DNA from: Clostridiales bacterium
GTDB lineage: Bacteria > Bacillota > Clostridia > Christensenellales > Borkfalkiaceae
DNA length: 64,000 nucleotides
Assembly: GCA_015055735.1 (NCBI GenBank)
Contig: SVHP01000001.1
Location: 10,506-74,505, forward strand
Direction: 5' to 3'
The notes under the pieces were generated by a model. The model was not told the DNA's origin and did not search any database. It was given only the letters and a program-made list of their open reading frames with translations. Shown here piece by piece: positions 7,928 to 19,408 of this stretch (position 1 is the first letter of the stretch; every line of letters starts with the position of its first letter). Made by a program: the position numbers and the translations under genes.

Positions 7928-9424
7928 TTATCTTGAATACTTATCACACAACTCTTTTAACTGCAAAAAACAAAGCGTAGAAACTTGTTCTTTATTAAAC
8001 TTTATCGACCAGTTTTGATCTTTAACAGTTCCTGGTTCGTTTATTCTATAATCGCTATCTAGTGCCAAAATATCTTGCATAGGAATTATAAATAAATTTG
8101 CCTTGCTCTTTACTCCAAGTTCGATTATGGCTGATAATAGACCTTTAGTGTCGTCAACGAAAGCCTCAAGTTCAAACAGTTCAAGACTATTTTTAACACC
8201 TTGCACGAGATTATTATAATCCCAATCGTTCATCTTATTTATAAGTCCTAACAAAGTATCGTTATCATGCGTACCCGTATAACAAATACAGTTTTCTTCA
8301 TATTTTTCAGGTAAATATAAATTTCCTTTATCGCCGTTAAAAGCAAAGGATAGAATTTTCATACCAGGATAGCCGGTAAACTTTAGAAGATCTCTAACAC
8401 CATCATCAATTATACCCAAATCTTCGGCAATAATTTTGTCTTTATCTATATGTTTATGAAGTTCGTTAAAGAATTGTTCGGACGGAACTTTTATCCACTC
8501 CCCAACTTTAGCGTCCGTTCTATCACTATCCACTTGATAATATCTATCAAAGCCCCTAAAATGATCGATTCTAACGTAATCAAAAACTTCCAGCGAACTT
8601 TTAATTCTATTTATCCACCAAGAAAAGTTATCCTTTTCGTGAACTTCATAGTCGTAAACAGGGTTTCCCCAAAGTTGGCCTTCTTCACAAAAATAATCGG
8701 GTGGAACGCCCGCTTTTTTTATAGGCATAAAGTTATCGTCAAGTTTATATAAATGTTTATTCGTCCACACGTCAACACTGTCTAACGCAACGTATAACGG
8801 CATATCGCCCATTATTAACACGCCCTTTTCGTTAGCATATTTTTTTAAGTCAAACCATTGTTTTCTTGCAATAAACTGAACGAACTGCCAAAACAATACC
8901 TGTTCTTTATACGCCTTTTCAAAACTTAAGAGTGCGTTTTTATCCCTATTCTTAAAATTATCTTCCCACTCGTAAAAGTGTTTTTGACCAGACGCTTCCT
9001 TTATTGACATATAAAGGGCGTAATCATAACTTTGTTTGCTTTCAAGATAGTTTTGAAACTCTAAATCCTTTTTATCAAACCTTTCAAACGCCTTTTTTAG
9101 CAAAGGATAGCGAACGGCATAAAGTTCAGCGTAATCTATATATTTTTTATTCGAAATGGAAAATTGCAATTCTTGTTCAGTAATAAGTCCTTGTTCTTTT
9201 AAAAGTTCTGGACTGATAAAATACGGATTAAAAGAATAACTGCATATAGAAGAATATGGCGAATTACCATACCCCGTTTGAACGAGTGGTAAAATTTGCC
9301 ATATTTTTTGACTAGATTTACTCAAATTATCAACAAATTCATAACTTTCCTTACCGAAATCGCCTATTCCGTACTTACTTGGCAAGGAAAAAATGGGCAT
9401 CAATACCCCTGAACATCTTTCCAT
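7928..9424 (-). CDS. malQ: 4-alpha-glucanotransferase (amylomaltase, GH77)
   Basis: N-terminal SGVLMPIFSLPSKYGIGDFG, then RIDHFRGF and GEWI motifs. The 498-aa length fits. Confidence 0.9.
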   Translation of the reverse strand: MERCSGVLMPIFSLPSKYGIGDFGKESYEFVDNLSKSSQKIWQILPLVQTGYGNSPYSSICSYSFNPYFISPELLKEQGLITEQELQFSISNKKYIDYAELYAVRYPLLKKAFERFDKKDLEFQNYLESKQSYDYALYMSIKEASGQKHFYEWEDNFKNRDKNALLSFEKAYKEQVLFWQFVQFIARKQWFDLKKYANEKGVLIMGDMPLYVALDSVDVWTNKHLYKLDDNFMPIKKAGVPPDYFCEEGQLWGNPVYDYEVHEKDNFSWWINRIKSSLEVFDYVRIDHFRGFDRYYQVDSDRTDAKVGEWIKVPSEQFFNELHKHIDKDKIIAEDLGIIDDGVRDLLKFTGYPGMKILSFAFNGDKGNLYLPEKYEENCICYTGTHDNDTLLGLINKMNDWDYNNLVQGVKNSLELFELEAFVDDTKGLLSAIIELGVKSKANLFIIPMQDILALDSDYRINEPGTVKDQNWSIKFNKEQVSTLCFLQLKELCDKYSR

Positions 9425-9485
9425 AATATCTTAGTTTTTATATTTTATCTATTTTTTAGTATTTTTAATCAAGTTAAATAAGTAT

Positions 9486-10223
9486 TTATAACGAAAAGCC
9501 ACCGTCACAGCAAATAACTTGTCCGGTTATAAAACTTGCCTGCTCCGAGCATAAAAAATAAACGAGATTTGCAACGTCACAAGGCTCGCCTAGTCTTGAT
9601 AGTGGCGTTTGTTCTTGTAAATCGGTTAAATCATCTTTAGATAAGTGCGCAATCATAGGCGTTTTGATAACGCCTGGGCATACGCAGTTAACGTTTATTC
9701 CAGATAACCCAACTTCTTTTGCCAAAGCCTTAGTGTATCCGATAAGAGTAGACTTACTAGCAGAGTATGCAACTTCCATACTACTACCAACTACTCCCCA
9801 CATAGACGATATATTGACTATTTTACCGTGTTTTGCGCTTATCATTGAATCTAACACTCTATTAGTGATTAAAAAAGCGCTTTTAACGTTTACTTCAAAA
9901 AGTTTATCCCACTCTTGTTCGGTAGTATCGGTTATAAGTTTATATAAGGCAATTCCACAGTTGTTGACGAGAACTGATATGGTCTTAAAACTTTTTTTAA
10001 TGCTATTCATCATATTGTCAATCTCTTGACTATTCGATAAATCAGCTTTTACAGCAAAAAAGTAATCGGCTAAATTTTGCTTTTGCAAGTCGTTTTTAAA
10101 CTCTATTATGCTTTGCTCGTTATCGTTATATTGACCGATAACAAAATAGCCTTGCTCTAAAAACTTTTGAGCGATAGCCTTACCTATCCCGCCACTTACG
10201 CCTGTAATCAATGCTGTTTTCAC
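9486..10223 (-). CDS. SDR family oxidoreductase (FabG-like)
   Basis: TGVSGGIGKAIA Rossmann motif, NNCG, and catalytic YSASK. GTG start with AGGAG upstream. Confidence 0.8.
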   Translation of the reverse strand: MKTALITGVSGGIGKAIAQKFLEQGYFVIGQYNDNEQSIIEFKNDLQKQNLADYFFAVKADLSNSQEIDNMMNSIKKSFKTISVLVNNCGIALYKLITDTTEQEWDKLFEVNVKSAFLITNRVLDSMISAKHGKIVNISSMWGVVGSSMEVAYSASKSTLIGYTKALAKEVGLSGINVNCVCPGVIKTPMIAHLSKDDLTDLQEQTPLSRLGEPCDVANLVYFLCSEQASFITGQVICCDGGFSL

Positions 10224-10254
10224 GTTGACTCCTAATTTACGATTATTAATAATA

Positions 10255-10275
10255 CCCGCAAAAAACTTTTGCGGG
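10255..10275 (-). terminator. Intrinsic terminator after efp
   Basis: CCCGCAAAA (10255-10263) pairs with TTTTGCGGG (10267-10275). Confidence 0.6.
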
Positions 10276-10298
10276 TACTAATTCTTAAAAATAATTAA

Positions 10299-10856
10299 TT
10301 AGCCTTTAACTCTTTCCATGTATTCGCCGGTTCTAGTATCAACTCTAATTAGTTCACCTTCTTCAACGAACATAGGAACTTGAAGTCTAGTACCTGTTTC
10401 CAAAACTGCTTCTTTAGTAGCGTTGGTTGCAGTGTTGCCCTTAACTGAAGGATCAGCTTGTACTACACGAAGAACAACGAAGTTTTCACATTCAACAGAG
10501 AAAGCTACGCCTTTATAAGATCTAACGACAACAGGGTCGTTTTCCTTTATATATTTAAGAGCGTCTTCTACTTGGTCGTGGTTTAGTGGAACAAGGTTAA
10601 ATTCTTGGTCCATGAAATAGTACAATTCACCATCGTTGTAAGAATAGGTCATGTTTCTAGTTTCAATTTGAGCGTCTTGAAGTTTTTCAGTAGGGTTCCA
10701 AGTTCTTTCAAGAACTTTACCATCAATAACGTTTTTCATCTTAGTTCTAACGAACGCTGCGCCTTTACCTGGCTTAACGTGTTGGAAATCTACGATAGTC
10801 CATACTGAACCTTCATATTCAAAAGTAGAACCTTTTCTAAAATCACCTGCTAACAT
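10299..10856 (-). CDS. efp: Elongation factor P
   Basis: 185 aa with [20 protein letters not shown], the conserved EF-P loop. AGGAG RBS. Confidence 0.93.
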   Translation of the reverse strand: MLAGDFRKGSTFEYEGSVWTIVDFQHVKPGKGAAFVRTKMKNVIDGKVLERTWNPTEKLQDAQIETRNMTYSYNDGELYYFMDQEFNLVPLNHDQVEDALKYIKENDPVVVRSYKGVAFSVECENFVVLRVVQADPSVKGNTATNATKEAVLETGTRLQVPMFVEEGELIRVDTRTGEYMERVKG

Positions 10857-10947
10857 AATATTTTCTCCTTAATTTGTACAAAAATTTACTTTGTTGTTAT
10901 TGTTTTAATTTTCAACTCTTATATTTTACCAAAAATTTACGATTAAG

Positions 10948-11793
10948 TCAATTATCATAATAGGTTTTTTGCATTTTTAATGCATCAATATCTTGTGTAC
11001 CTGCCGATTCGCACACTATAAACGGTTCCAACTTAAGTTTTTTTATAGCTTTTAGCATCGGTTCATAGTCTGGGCCGTAGTGATTATCTTCAAAAGTCAA
11101 GTGTCTTACTTCGCCTTTTGCCGAATATTCTATCTTTGAAAAGTGTATATGGAAGTTCTTCATTCTCTCATACCCTAGATTATCTATCATATAATTTAAT
11201 CTATCGAGATAATCTTGTTCGGTCTTTAAGCTCCCAAACTCTCTTGCGTTAATATGCCCAAAATCGACGGCTGGCGTATAAATCTTATCTATCTTACAAA
11301 ACTCGGTCACTTCTTCTATCGTGCCTATTTGTCCTAGTTTACCCATAGTTTCAGGGCAATATATCAAATGGTCAAGCCCCTTTCCATAAATTAGGTCTCT
11401 AAGCGTCTTAAGTCTTTCTATCGTTAAACTAACCGCTTGCTCTCTTTTCATCTTGCCTTGACTTGCAGGGTGAAAAACTACCCTTTTACCACCCATAAGT
11501 TTTACTTTTTCAGCAGATTGCAAAATATAATTAAAAGACTTTACTGCGTTTTCTAGTTCGGGGTTAGCCAAGTTTATATAATAAGGTGCGTGAACGCTTA
11601 TTTCAACGCCTGCATCAAAAAACGCCTTACCGATAGAAATCGCCCTTTCGTCACTTAGATTAACGCCCCTTCCGAATGAATATTCAAAACACGAAAGCCC
11701 CATGTTTTTTACCCAAACGGCGCTTTGTTCACTCTTTGAATTACCCGCATCAGAAAAAGCGATAGAATTTCCACTAGGACCAAATTTAATCAT
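10948..11793 (-). CDS. AP endonuclease family 2 / endonuclease IV-like TIM-barrel protein
   Basis: Nfo-like metal-site motifs: HAPYYINLANP, VFHPAS, PETMG, DFGHINA, HIHFS. The start is moved to the ATG at 11793 (MIKFGPSG), which has AAGGTG 6 nt upstream; the track's GTG at 11802 lacks usable spacing. Confidence 0.55.
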   Translation of the reverse strand: MIKFGPSGNSIAFSDAGNSKSEQSAVWVKNMGLSCFEYSFGRGVNLSDERAISIGKAFFDAGVEISVHAPYYINLANPELENAVKSFNYILQSAEKVKLMGGKRVVFHPASQGKMKREQAVSLTIERLKTLRDLIYGKGLDHLIYCPETMGKLGQIGTIEEVTEFCKIDKIYTPAVDFGHINAREFGSLKTEQDYLDRLNYMIDNLGYERMKNFHIHFSKIEYSAKGEVRHLTFEDNHYGPDYEPMLKAIKKLKLEPFIVCESAGTQDIDALKMQKTYYDN

Positions 11794-12682
11794 ATTTTTC
11801 ACCTTTTATCTTAAGTAGATCTTTTTGAAGTTGCTCTTTCAACTCTTTCTCGCTGTCAAACTTCAAAATCTCACGCATAAAACTAACGAATTCTAGCGTT
11901 ATATATTTACCGTATAAATTGCCGTCAAAATCTATAATATGCGCTTCAATCAACTTGTTTTTTAAGTTATAAGTAGGGCGAGAACCATAATTTATTATCG
12001 CCGAATAATTTTTACCCTCTAGTCTAACTTTTCCAAAATATACGCCGTTTTTAAGCATAAACTTTTCGCTATCGCACGAAATATTCGCAGTAGGAAACCC
12101 TATTTTTTTACCCACTTGCCTATCCGAAACAACTTTTCCGTTAATGGAATAATAACGCCCCAAAAGTTGCTTTGCAAGTGTTAAATCGCCACTAGCAAGA
12201 GCCGACTTAACTCTAGTGGTAGAAACCTTTTCTCCTTGATAGGTAAAAGTATCGACTATCACGTGATCTTGATTATGCTTTTTAGCGTAATCGGTCAAAT
12301 ATTGAGCGTTGCCCTTGCCGTACCTTCCAAAAGTATAATCTTGACCACTAAAATAACATTTTATATTAAATTTTCTATTCAAGCCGTTCAAAAACGCCAA
12401 CTTGCCCGTAGATAAAAAGGTTTTACTTACGGGCGCAAAATAAATTTCATCAGCGCCCAAGTCCCTTATAAATTGTTCCCTTTCTCTCGGCAAATAAACG
12501 CTTTTTTCGTCGGTTAGATTAAGTTTAGCCTTTACGTTGCCCAAAAAAGTAAATATAGTCAAAGTACAGCCGTGTTTATCAGCGTACTCTCTTGCCAACT
12601 TTATTAACTTTTGATGCCCTAAATGTACGCTATCAAAATAACCTAACGCTATTACCGTGGGCTTAAAACCTTTATCTAACAT
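11786..12682 (-). CDS. ribF: Bifunctional riboflavin kinase / FAD synthetase
   Basis: IALGYFDSVHLGHQ nucleotidyltransferase motif and a C-terminal riboflavin kinase domain (GFPTANI). Positioned after truB. Confidence 0.9.
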   Translation of the reverse strand: MLDKGFKPTVIALGYFDSVHLGHQKLIKLAREYADKHGCTLTIFTFLGNVKAKLNLTDEKSVYLPREREQFIRDLGADEIYFAPVSKTFLSTGKLAFLNGLNRKFNIKCYFSGQDYTFGRYGKGNAQYLTDYAKKHNQDHVIVDTFTYQGEKVSTTRVKSALASGDLTLAKQLLGRYYSINGKVVSDRQVGKKIGFPTANISCDSEKFMLKNGVYFGKVRLEGKNYSAIINYGSRPTYNLKNKLIEAHIIDFDGNLYGKYITLEFVSFMREILKFDSEKELKEQLQKDLLKIKGEKYD

Positions 12683-13520
12683 ACGAATTTATCCTAAGAA
12701 TACCATCATTAACCGTACCGACGCCAATAAAATCGCCTTGATTATACACCCTATACACCCCGTCCGAAAAACCGTAATTTTCATAAACGCCGTCCAAAAT
12801 CTTTTGCGCTTGCATTTTTGTAAGGTTAAGTTTTTCAAAGTTTATAACGCTATCGGCTTTAATCAAATATTGTTCGGGATTTACAGAGTCAAACAACTCT
12901 TGTGAGGTTACGCCGTTTTGCATATTAAACACGCCACACGCCGTTCTAGTAAGTTTACTCATTACCCCTAACGAGCCAGTAGCGAGAGCAATATCCCTTG
13001 CAAGTGAACGGATATAAGTTCCACCCTTACAATCTATTCTAAACTCAAACTCGTTTTCGGAAATTTGAGATAAGCATTGTAAATCCAAAATTGTAACCGT
13101 CTTAGGTTTCAAAGTAAATTCCACACCTTGCCTTGCAAGTTGATAACTGCGCTTGCCGTTTATACATTTTGCCGAATATTTAGGGGGCATTTGCTCTATC
13201 TCGCCAATAAACTTAGGTAGAACCTGTTTAATATCTTCTAAAGTAGGGACTTTATCCGTCTTTTCTGTCGTTTGTCCCGTTATATCTAAAGTATCGGTAG
13301 TGTAGCCGAAAATAAAACGTGCAACGTAAGTCTTTTCTTTTTCTAACAAATATTGAAAAAGTCTAGACGCCTTGCCAACGCCTACCGGTAACACGCCGTC
13401 AGCCATAGGGTCTAAAGTGCCCATATGCCCACACGGACAATTAAATTTTTTCTTTACACCACCCACAGCGTATGCTGAACTTACGCCCGATGGTTTAATT
13501 ATATTTATAAAGCCTGTCAT
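12672..13520 (-). CDS. truB: tRNA pseudouridine(55) synthase
   Basis: GFINIIKPSG.SS and GHMGTLDPMADGVLPVGVG, which contains the catalytic Asp motif. Confidence 0.92.
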   Translation of the reverse strand: MTGFINIIKPSGVSSAYAVGGVKKKFNCPCGHMGTLDPMADGVLPVGVGKASRLFQYLLEKEKTYVARFIFGYTTDTLDITGQTTEKTDKVPTLEDIKQVLPKFIGEIEQMPPKYSAKCINGKRSYQLARQGVEFTLKPKTVTILDLQCLSQISENEFEFRIDCKGGTYIRSLARDIALATGSLGVMSKLTRTACGVFNMQNGVTSQELFDSVNPEQYLIKADSVINFEKLNLTKMQAQKILDGVYENYGFSDGVYRVYNQGDFIGVGTVNDGILRINSYVR

Positions 13521-13544
13521 TATAAAAGCCTATCTAACTAAATT

Positions 13545-14498
13545 TTATTCTGGAAGATAACGACTAACTGCAAAAGTTAGTTTATCCACCACTTCTTCAT
13601 ACTCGCCACATATTTGGCAACCACTCGCCAAAACGTGTCCTCCACCACCGAACGTACCAGCGACTGCATTTACGTCCGTACCTTTTGAACGAAAACTGAT
13701 TTTATACTTACATTTACCAACTTCTAAAATGCAAATGCCTACTTCAACCGTATCTATTCCCATTAGAAAATCGATAAAGCCTTCGGTTTCGTCTTGCTTT
13801 GCGTTCGCACTTTCGAGATCGCTTTTCATGATTGTTGCAACGGCAAGTTTATTATCTAAAAAGTATCTTATTTTGGACATAGTAATTCCAAACAACTTTG
13901 CCCTATTTACCGTTTGTTTAGAAAACATATTATAGTAAATAGTGTTTAAGTCAGCGCCACGCTCCACTAAATAACTTGCGCTACTTAAAGTTAACGGGGT
14001 GACGTTCTTATGTCTAAAATTGCCCGTATCGGTCATAATTCCCATAGCAAGTAAGTTTGCAACTTCATTATTTACGTCACTGTCCATACTTTTAATAAGT
14101 TGTAAAACGTTTTCACAGTTGCTAGCGTTATCAACTACGTAATTGTACTTTGCATATCTAGTGTTTGAAACGTGATGGTCGATACAATAGGTGTTTTTAT
14201 GCGCCAAAAATAGTTCGTTAAAACTGCCCAAGCGAGTGATGTCGGCACAGTCTATCGCAGCTAACGCCGAATATTCTTTGTCTATTTTGTTTTTTACTTT
14301 GTTTACGCTATTTAAAAAGAAAAATCTCGACGGTACGGAATCGTCACAATAAACGTCCGAAACGATGCCGAGATTATTTAACGCAACAGAGAGAGCAAGC
14401 GCCGAGCCTAAAGTATCCCCGTCAGGTCTTATATGACAAATTAGGGCAACGCTCTTTTCCTTTTTAAGTTTTGACGATAACTCGTTTAAACTAATCAC
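13545..14498 (-). CDS. nrnA: DHH family phosphoesterase (NrnA-like oligoribonuclease / pAp phosphatase)
   Basis: HIRPDGDTLGS, DHH (IDHHVS), and a C-terminal GGGH motif. Conserved position between rbfA and truB. Confidence 0.8.
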   Translation of the reverse strand: MISLNELSSKLKKEKSVALICHIRPDGDTLGSALALSVALNNLGIVSDVYCDDSVPSRFFFLNSVNKVKNKIDKEYSALAAIDCADITRLGSFNELFLAHKNTYCIDHHVSNTRYAKYNYVVDNASNCENVLQLIKSMDSDVNNEVANLLAMGIMTDTGNFRHKNVTPLTLSSASYLVERGADLNTIYYNMFSKQTVNRAKLFGITMSKIRYFLDNKLAVATIMKSDLESANAKQDETEGFIDFLMGIDTVEVGICILEVGKCKYKISFRSKGTDVNAVAGTFGGGGHVLASGCQICGEYEEVVDKLTFAVSRYLPE

Positions 14499-14865
14499 TT
14501 TTTTCTCCTTCGTTTATCATTTTGAACAACTTGTCCATTTTGTCGCCATATTCCATGCTGTCGTCTAAAACAAAGTTAAGTTCAGGCACAGTTCTTGCCC
14601 TAATAACTTTGGCAAGTTCAAAACGAATCTTTTTAGCGTCAGCCTTGATAGCGTCAAAAGTAGTGTTCTTTTTTTGCACGTCAGTAGAATAGATACTTAC
14701 GTATACCTTAGCGTAAGAAAGGTCACGACTGCAATCCACTCTCAAAATGGAAAACATTTCGGTCACGAGTGGATTTTTTAGTCGTCTAGATATAATTTCG
14801 TAAATTTCTTTTTGTAATTCGCCGTTTAGTCTATCATTGCGATTGACGTTAGATCTTTTTCTCAT
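14491..14865 (-). CDS. rbfA: Ribosome-binding factor A
   Basis: 124 aa with an RbfA-like KH fold pattern. Lies immediately after infB. Confidence 0.9.
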   Translation of the reverse strand: MRKRSNVNRNDRLNGELQKEIYEIISRRLKNPLVTEMFSILRVDCSRDLSYAKVYVSIYSTDVQKKNTTFDAIKADAKKIRFELAKVIRARTVPELNFVLDDSMEYGDKMDKLFKMINEGEKSD

Positions 14866-17625
14866 TTACTCTTTATTTTCCTCTACTTGATAACTTTCGA
14901 TAAAGTCGCCTACTTTAATATCGTTAAATTTCTCGATACTAATACCACATTCAAAGCCTTGAGCAACTTCCTTTACGTCGTCCTTAAAGCGTTTAAGTTG
15001 CATAACGTTTCCTTCACAAATCATAACGTCGTCACGATAAATTCTCAACTTACCGCTTCTAATGATCTTACCTTCGGTAACGTAACAACCTGCGACTTGA
15101 CCAACGCCTGAAATTTTAAATACTTCTCTAACCTCGGCTTTACCCATATAGACTTCTTTAAATTTAGGAGCAAGCATACCTTTAAGCGCCCTTTCAACGT
15201 CTTCAATTGCTTCGTAAATAACTCTATAAAGTTTAATATCGATACCACTTCTTTCAGCAATTTGTTTTGCGTTAGAGTCAGGACGAACGTTAAAGCCTAT
15301 GATGATTGCCTTTGAAGATTCGGCAAGCATGATATCAGATTCTTTAATTGCGCCTGCTGCGGCGTGGATAACGTTTACCTTAACTTCAGCGTTTGAAAGT
15401 TTTTCTAACGATTGTTTAACTGCTTCAACCGAACCTTGAACGTCCGCTTTAACGATAAGTGGAAGAACTTTCATTTCGCCTTCGGCAATTCTATTAAATA
15501 CGTCGTCAAGAGTAACTTTTGCAGACGCTTTAAGCATATTTTCTTTTTCTTTATTTTGTCTTTCTTGAGCAACAAGTTTAGCAAGTTTTTCGTGTTCAAC
15601 TGCATATAAAATATCGCCCGAATTAGGAACTTCATCTAATCCCATGATTGAAACAGGAGTTGACGGACCTGCGCTAGTCACTCTTCTACCCTTATCGTCA
15701 ACCATAGCCCTAATCTTACCAGTAACCGTACCAACGATTACGCTGTCGGAAATTTTAAGCGTACCGTTTTGAACGAGAATAGTTGCAATAGGTCCTTTGC
15801 TTTGATCGAGTTTTGCTTCGATAACAACGCCCTTTGCCTTTCTATCAGGATTTGCTTTCAATTCTTTGATTTCAGCAACTAGGTTGATGTTTTCCAACAA
15901 GTTATCAAAACCTTCGCCAGTTTTTGCTGAAATAGGACATAAAATTGCGTCCCCACCCCATTCTTCAGGAAGTAGACCGTGTTCGGTTAATTGCGTTTTA
16001 ATTCTATCGATATTTGCCTCAGGCTTATCGATCTTATTTATAGCAACGATAATAGGAACGTCGGCAGCCTTTGCGTGGTTAATCGCTTCAACCGTTTGAG
16101 GCATAATACCGTCGTCGGCAGCAACTACTAATATAGCGATATCGGTTGCTTGCGCACCACGAGCACGCATAGCAGTAAACGCAGCGTGACCTGGAGTATC
16201 TAAGAAAGTAATAGTTTCACCACCAACGGTCACTTGGTATGCACCGATGTGTTGGGTAATACCACCTGCTTCGCCAGCAGTAACGTTAGTCTTTCTAATT
16301 CTATCTAGAAGTGAAGTCTTACCGTGGTCAACGTGACCCATAACGGTAACAACAGGTGGACGTTTCTTTAATTTTTCAGGAGCGTCTTGAACGTCGTCAA
16401 AGCCTTCGCTCAACACGTCTTCAGCAGTCTTGTCTAGTTTAAGTTCAAGTTCAACGCCTATATCGTCGGCAATGAAGGCAGCAGTATCGAAATCGATAGA
16501 GTCGTTAATGGTTTTCATTATGCCTTCTTTGAACAATCTCTTGGTAATTTCAGCAGCAGTAATACCTATCTTTTCACTTAAAACCTTTAATGGAATAATT
16601 TCGGTATTTATAACTGCCTTTTCGATCTTAATTACGTTAACTTCTTTATTTTCTTTTGTTTTTTTAGCAGGACGAACCTTTCTATACCCACTCTTATTTT
16701 CATCGAAATCGTCGATATCAACTTGACCTTTAATCAAGGCGCGCTTATTGATAACGTGCTTATCTTCAAAAGATCTTTCTCCCGATTGTTTTTTCTTAGA
16801 GAAATTTCTCTTATCGTCCTTTTGAATAATAGGTGGTGCAACAAACGTGTTTTGTGGTTTTTTGTTCATACCACCCTTATTAAAGTCAGGCTTTGGTTGG
16901 CGAGGAGTAAATCCTTCTTTATTTGAATTTTGGAATTTATTGTCAGCGTTTCTATTAGGTCTATCGGTTGGACGGAATTCGCCCCTTGGTTGACGTCTTT
17001 CTTGACTGTTCCTATCCGTTTTATCAGTTCTATCTCTACGGTCGTATCTTTGAATAGGCACGTCACGACGCAAAATGAAAGACGGACGAGCAGGCGGTAT
17101 AAACTCGTTTGGCTTTTCCACAGCCTTTTCTTGAGTTTCTTTTTGTTCTACAGGAGTACTTTCTTCAACAGTTTTAGTAGATTGCTCTTGACCTTTTTCT
17201 TGTTGTTTTTCTTCCTTGTTAGGCTTAATTTCATCTACCTTTTCGGTCGTTTCTAAAGGCTTTTCGGCTTGTTTATCAGCAGTAGCGTCTTTTTGAACTA
17301 CCGTTGCTTCAGGTTGCTCTTTTGCTTTTTTAGTTTTAGCTTTCTTTTCAACCTTTTCTTCGCTAACCGATTGCTTTTCTTGTTCTACAGGTTGAGCTGG
17401 TGAAGGTTGAACGTTAGGTTCTTCCACCTTTTCTTTGGCTTGTTCTTCGCTTTGTTTTTTAGCCAAATCGAAGGCCTTTAACTTTTCTTCTAAAAGCCCT
17501 TTTAATCCTTTAATTTCACCAACGAACTTATTTGAAGAGTCGATTAACGCTTCTAATTTTCCGTCTTTAATAAGTTCACTAACCTGTTTAATATTGTCGT
17601 TGTGCATTCCTTTATTTTCAGCCAT
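14866..17625 (-). CDS. infB: Translation initiation factor IF-2
   Basis: G domain: [23 protein letters not shown]. Long K/E/Q-rich N-terminal region. Operon context fits. Confidence 0.95.
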   Translation of the reverse strand: MAENKGMHNDNIKQVSELIKDGKLEALIDSSNKFVGEIKGLKGLLEEKLKAFDLAKKQSEEQAKEKVEEPNVQPSPAQPVEQEKQSVSEEKVEKKAKTKKAKEQPEATVVQKDATADKQAEKPLETTEKVDEIKPNKEEKQQEKGQEQSTKTVEESTPVEQKETQEKAVEKPNEFIPPARPSFILRRDVPIQRYDRRDRTDKTDRNSQERRQPRGEFRPTDRPNRNADNKFQNSNKEGFTPRQPKPDFNKGGMNKKPQNTFVAPPIIQKDDKRNFSKKKQSGERSFEDKHVINKRALIKGQVDIDDFDENKSGYRKVRPAKKTKENKEVNVIKIEKAVINTEIIPLKVLSEKIGITAAEITKRLFKEGIMKTINDSIDFDTAAFIADDIGVELELKLDKTAEDVLSEGFDDVQDAPEKLKKRPPVVTVMGHVDHGKTSLLDRIRKTNVTAGEAGGITQHIGAYQVTVGGETITFLDTPGHAAFTAMRARGAQATDIAILVVAADDGIMPQTVEAINHAKAADVPIIVAINKIDKPEANIDRIKTQLTEHGLLPEEWGGDAILCPISAKTGEGFDNLLENINLVAEIKELKANPDRKAKGVVIEAKLDQSKGPIATILVQNGTLKISDSVIVGTVTGKIRAMVDDKGRRVTSAGPSTPVSIMGLDEVPNSGDILYAVEHEKLAKLVAQERQNKEKENMLKASAKVTLDDVFNRIAEGEMKVLPLIVKADVQGSVEAVKQSLEKLSNAEVKVNVIHAAAGAIKESDIMLAESSKAIIIGFNVRPDSNAKQIAERSGIDIKLYRVIYEAIEDVERALKGMLAPKFKEVYMGKAEVREVFKISGVGQVAGCYVTEGKIIRSGKLRIYRDDVMICEGNVMQLKRFKDDVKEVAQGFECGISIEKFNDIKVGDFIESYQVEENKE

Positions 17626-17626
17626 T

Positions 17627-17950
17627 TTATTCTCCTAATTCCGTTGCAATAAAATCATTTTCCAAATTATCTAAAATCGCTTTTGACAGTGCTTTATCGC
17701 TCACTGCCATAACCTTTGCGTTATCCTTAAAAGTCATTTGTTCTAAGGTCTTTTGAGTAGTCAATAGTAGCGGACAATTATATTTTCTAGCAATTTTTTG
17801 CGCTTGCTTTTTGGTATTGTCGCTTGCCGACTTACAGCAAATCATTAAATCAATGCTCTTTAACGTTTGAAGGGCGTTCATTCCTATTTTGCATTTTCTA
17901 GCCCTAATAGCAAAACCTATAAAAGTTTGGGCTTTAGTCTTGTTTTCCAA
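17627..17950 (-). CDS. ylxQ: L7Ae/L30e family RNA-binding protein (YlxQ-like)
   Basis: 107 aa, located between ylxR and infB as in Bacillus and Clostridium. Confidence 0.75.
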   Translation of the reverse strand: MENKTKAQTFIGFAIRARKCKIGMNALQTLKSIDLMICCKSASDNTKKQAQKIARKYNCPLLLTTQKTLEQMTFKDNAKVMAVSDKALSKAILDNLENDFIATELGE

Positions 17951-18200
17951 GGAAGTCCTCCATTATCTTATCGTAAACAGCGTCTTCTACGTTGCAAGAA
18001 AAAGCACGATTGAGTAACTTTTTCTTTTTTAAGTTTTGTATGCAATTCTTATCGTTGCAAACGTATGCTCCACGCCCGTTTTGTTTACCCGTTAAATCAA
18101 GGCTTATTTGATCGTTAAACTTAACTACTCTAATTAGTTCACGCTTTGGTTTTTCTTGCCTGCACGCTATGCAGGTTCGCATAGGTACTTTCTTTTCCAT
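17934..18200 (-). CDS. ylxR: YlxR/RnpM (DUF448) family RNA-binding protein
   Basis: PMRTCIACRQ..PK.ELIR and GRGAY.C motifs. The start is taken at the ATG at 18200 (MEKKVPMRTC), 1 nt after the nusA stop. Confidence 0.8.
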   Translation of the reverse strand: MEKKVPMRTCIACRQEKPKRELIRVVKFNDQISLDLTGKQNGRGAYVCNDKNCIQNLKKKKLLNRAFSCNVEDAVYDKIMEDFLGKQD

Positions 18201-18201
18201 A

Positions 18202-19293
18202 TTATTCGTCAGCCTCTTCGCTTGATTCTCCAAGCCCTAATTCTTCTAATTCTTTAATAGCCACGCTTTCGCTCTTAACGTCTATCTTCCAGCCGGTAAG
18301 TCTAACTGCAAGCCTTGCGTTTTGACCACTTCTACCGATTGCTAAAGATAATTTATCGTCAGGAACTACTGCCATAGCGCTTTCGTCCCCCGTTTGAACG
18401 ACTTTAATAACTCTTGCAGGTGAAAGAGCGCTAGAAATGTATTCTAGTGGATTTTCACTCCAAGGAATAATATCGATTTTTTCACCACCGAGTTCACTAA
18501 CGATAGCGTTAACTCTCGCACCCTTATTACCAACGCAAGCGCCAACTGCATCAACAGATGGATCTTCGCTATAAATAGCGATTTTGGTTCTTTGACCAGG
18601 GTCTCTAGCAACACCTTTAACTAGCACTATACCTTGTTTAATTTCAGGAACTTCGTTTTCAAACAAACGTTTAACCAATCCGTTAGCCGTTCTTGAAACT
18701 ACTATTTGAGCAAGTCTACCCGTATTCTTTACTCTCTTAACGTAAACGTTTATCTTTTGGTTAAGTTCGTATTTTTCACCAGGAACTTGATCTCTTGGCA
18801 TCAATACGCCTTCGATTTGGTTACCACCGATTTCAACGTAAACGTTGCCGTCTTCAATTCTTCTAACCGTACAAGCCATGAGTTCGCCTTCTTTATCTTC
18901 GAACTCGTTAACGGTATTTTCGTGTTCGATTTCACGAAGTTTTTGAAGTAAAACTTGTTTAGCTGTTTGCGCTGCAATACGTCCAAAATCTTTACTTTTA
19001 ATTTCAGCAGTAATTTGATCGCCAACCTTATAAGACTTTTTAATTTCTTGCGCATCTTGCAATGAAATTTCCTTTTCGCTATCAACTACTTCTTCAACTA
19101 CCGTTCTAACGCTATAAATTTTAATAGAATTTTTTTCTGCGTTTAACTTTACTTCAACAGCACTGCTTTCGCCCGAATTTTTCTTATAAGCGATGCAAAG
19201 TGCGTTTTCAAGTGCTGAAAGAAACTCGTCTTTCGATATACCTTTTTGTCTTTCAAGTTCATCAAGTGCTAAAAAGAAATCTTGATTTATCAT
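18202..19293 (-). CDS. nusA: Transcription termination/antitermination factor NusA
   Basis: N-terminal domain, S1 and two KH domains (GACVG.KG.R, AIGR.GQN.RLA). Confidence 0.95.
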   Translation of the reverse strand: MINQDFFLALDELERQKGISKDEFLSALENALCIAYKKNSGESSAVEVKLNAEKNSIKIYSVRTVVEEVVDSEKEISLQDAQEIKKSYKVGDQITAEIKSKDFGRIAAQTAKQVLLQKLREIEHENTVNEFEDKEGELMACTVRRIEDGNVYVEIGGNQIEGVLMPRDQVPGEKYELNQKINVYVKRVKNTGRLAQIVVSRTANGLVKRLFENEVPEIKQGIVLVKGVARDPGQRTKIAIYSEDPSVDAVGACVGNKGARVNAIVSELGGEKIDIIPWSENPLEYISSALSPARVIKVVQTGDESAMAVVPDDKLSLAIGRSGQNARLAVRLTGWKIDVKSESVAIKELEELGLGESSEEADE

Positions 19294-19408
19294 TTTTATC
19301 TCCTTAATAAGTGTGTGCTTATTTTTATTTTCTAATTTTGTTTTATTTTACGTTTTTTATTTTTTACAAGGCTTAATAAAAGGTTTTTTTATTTTGTAAT
19401 TTAACCTT

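Noticed and set aside
15045-15260. Alternative-frame minus-strand ORFs inside infB (15045-15260, 16866-17066) and nusA (18801-19085)
   Set aside because: They are out-of-frame overlaps within highly conserved genes, with lysine-rich low-complexity translations and no start signals.
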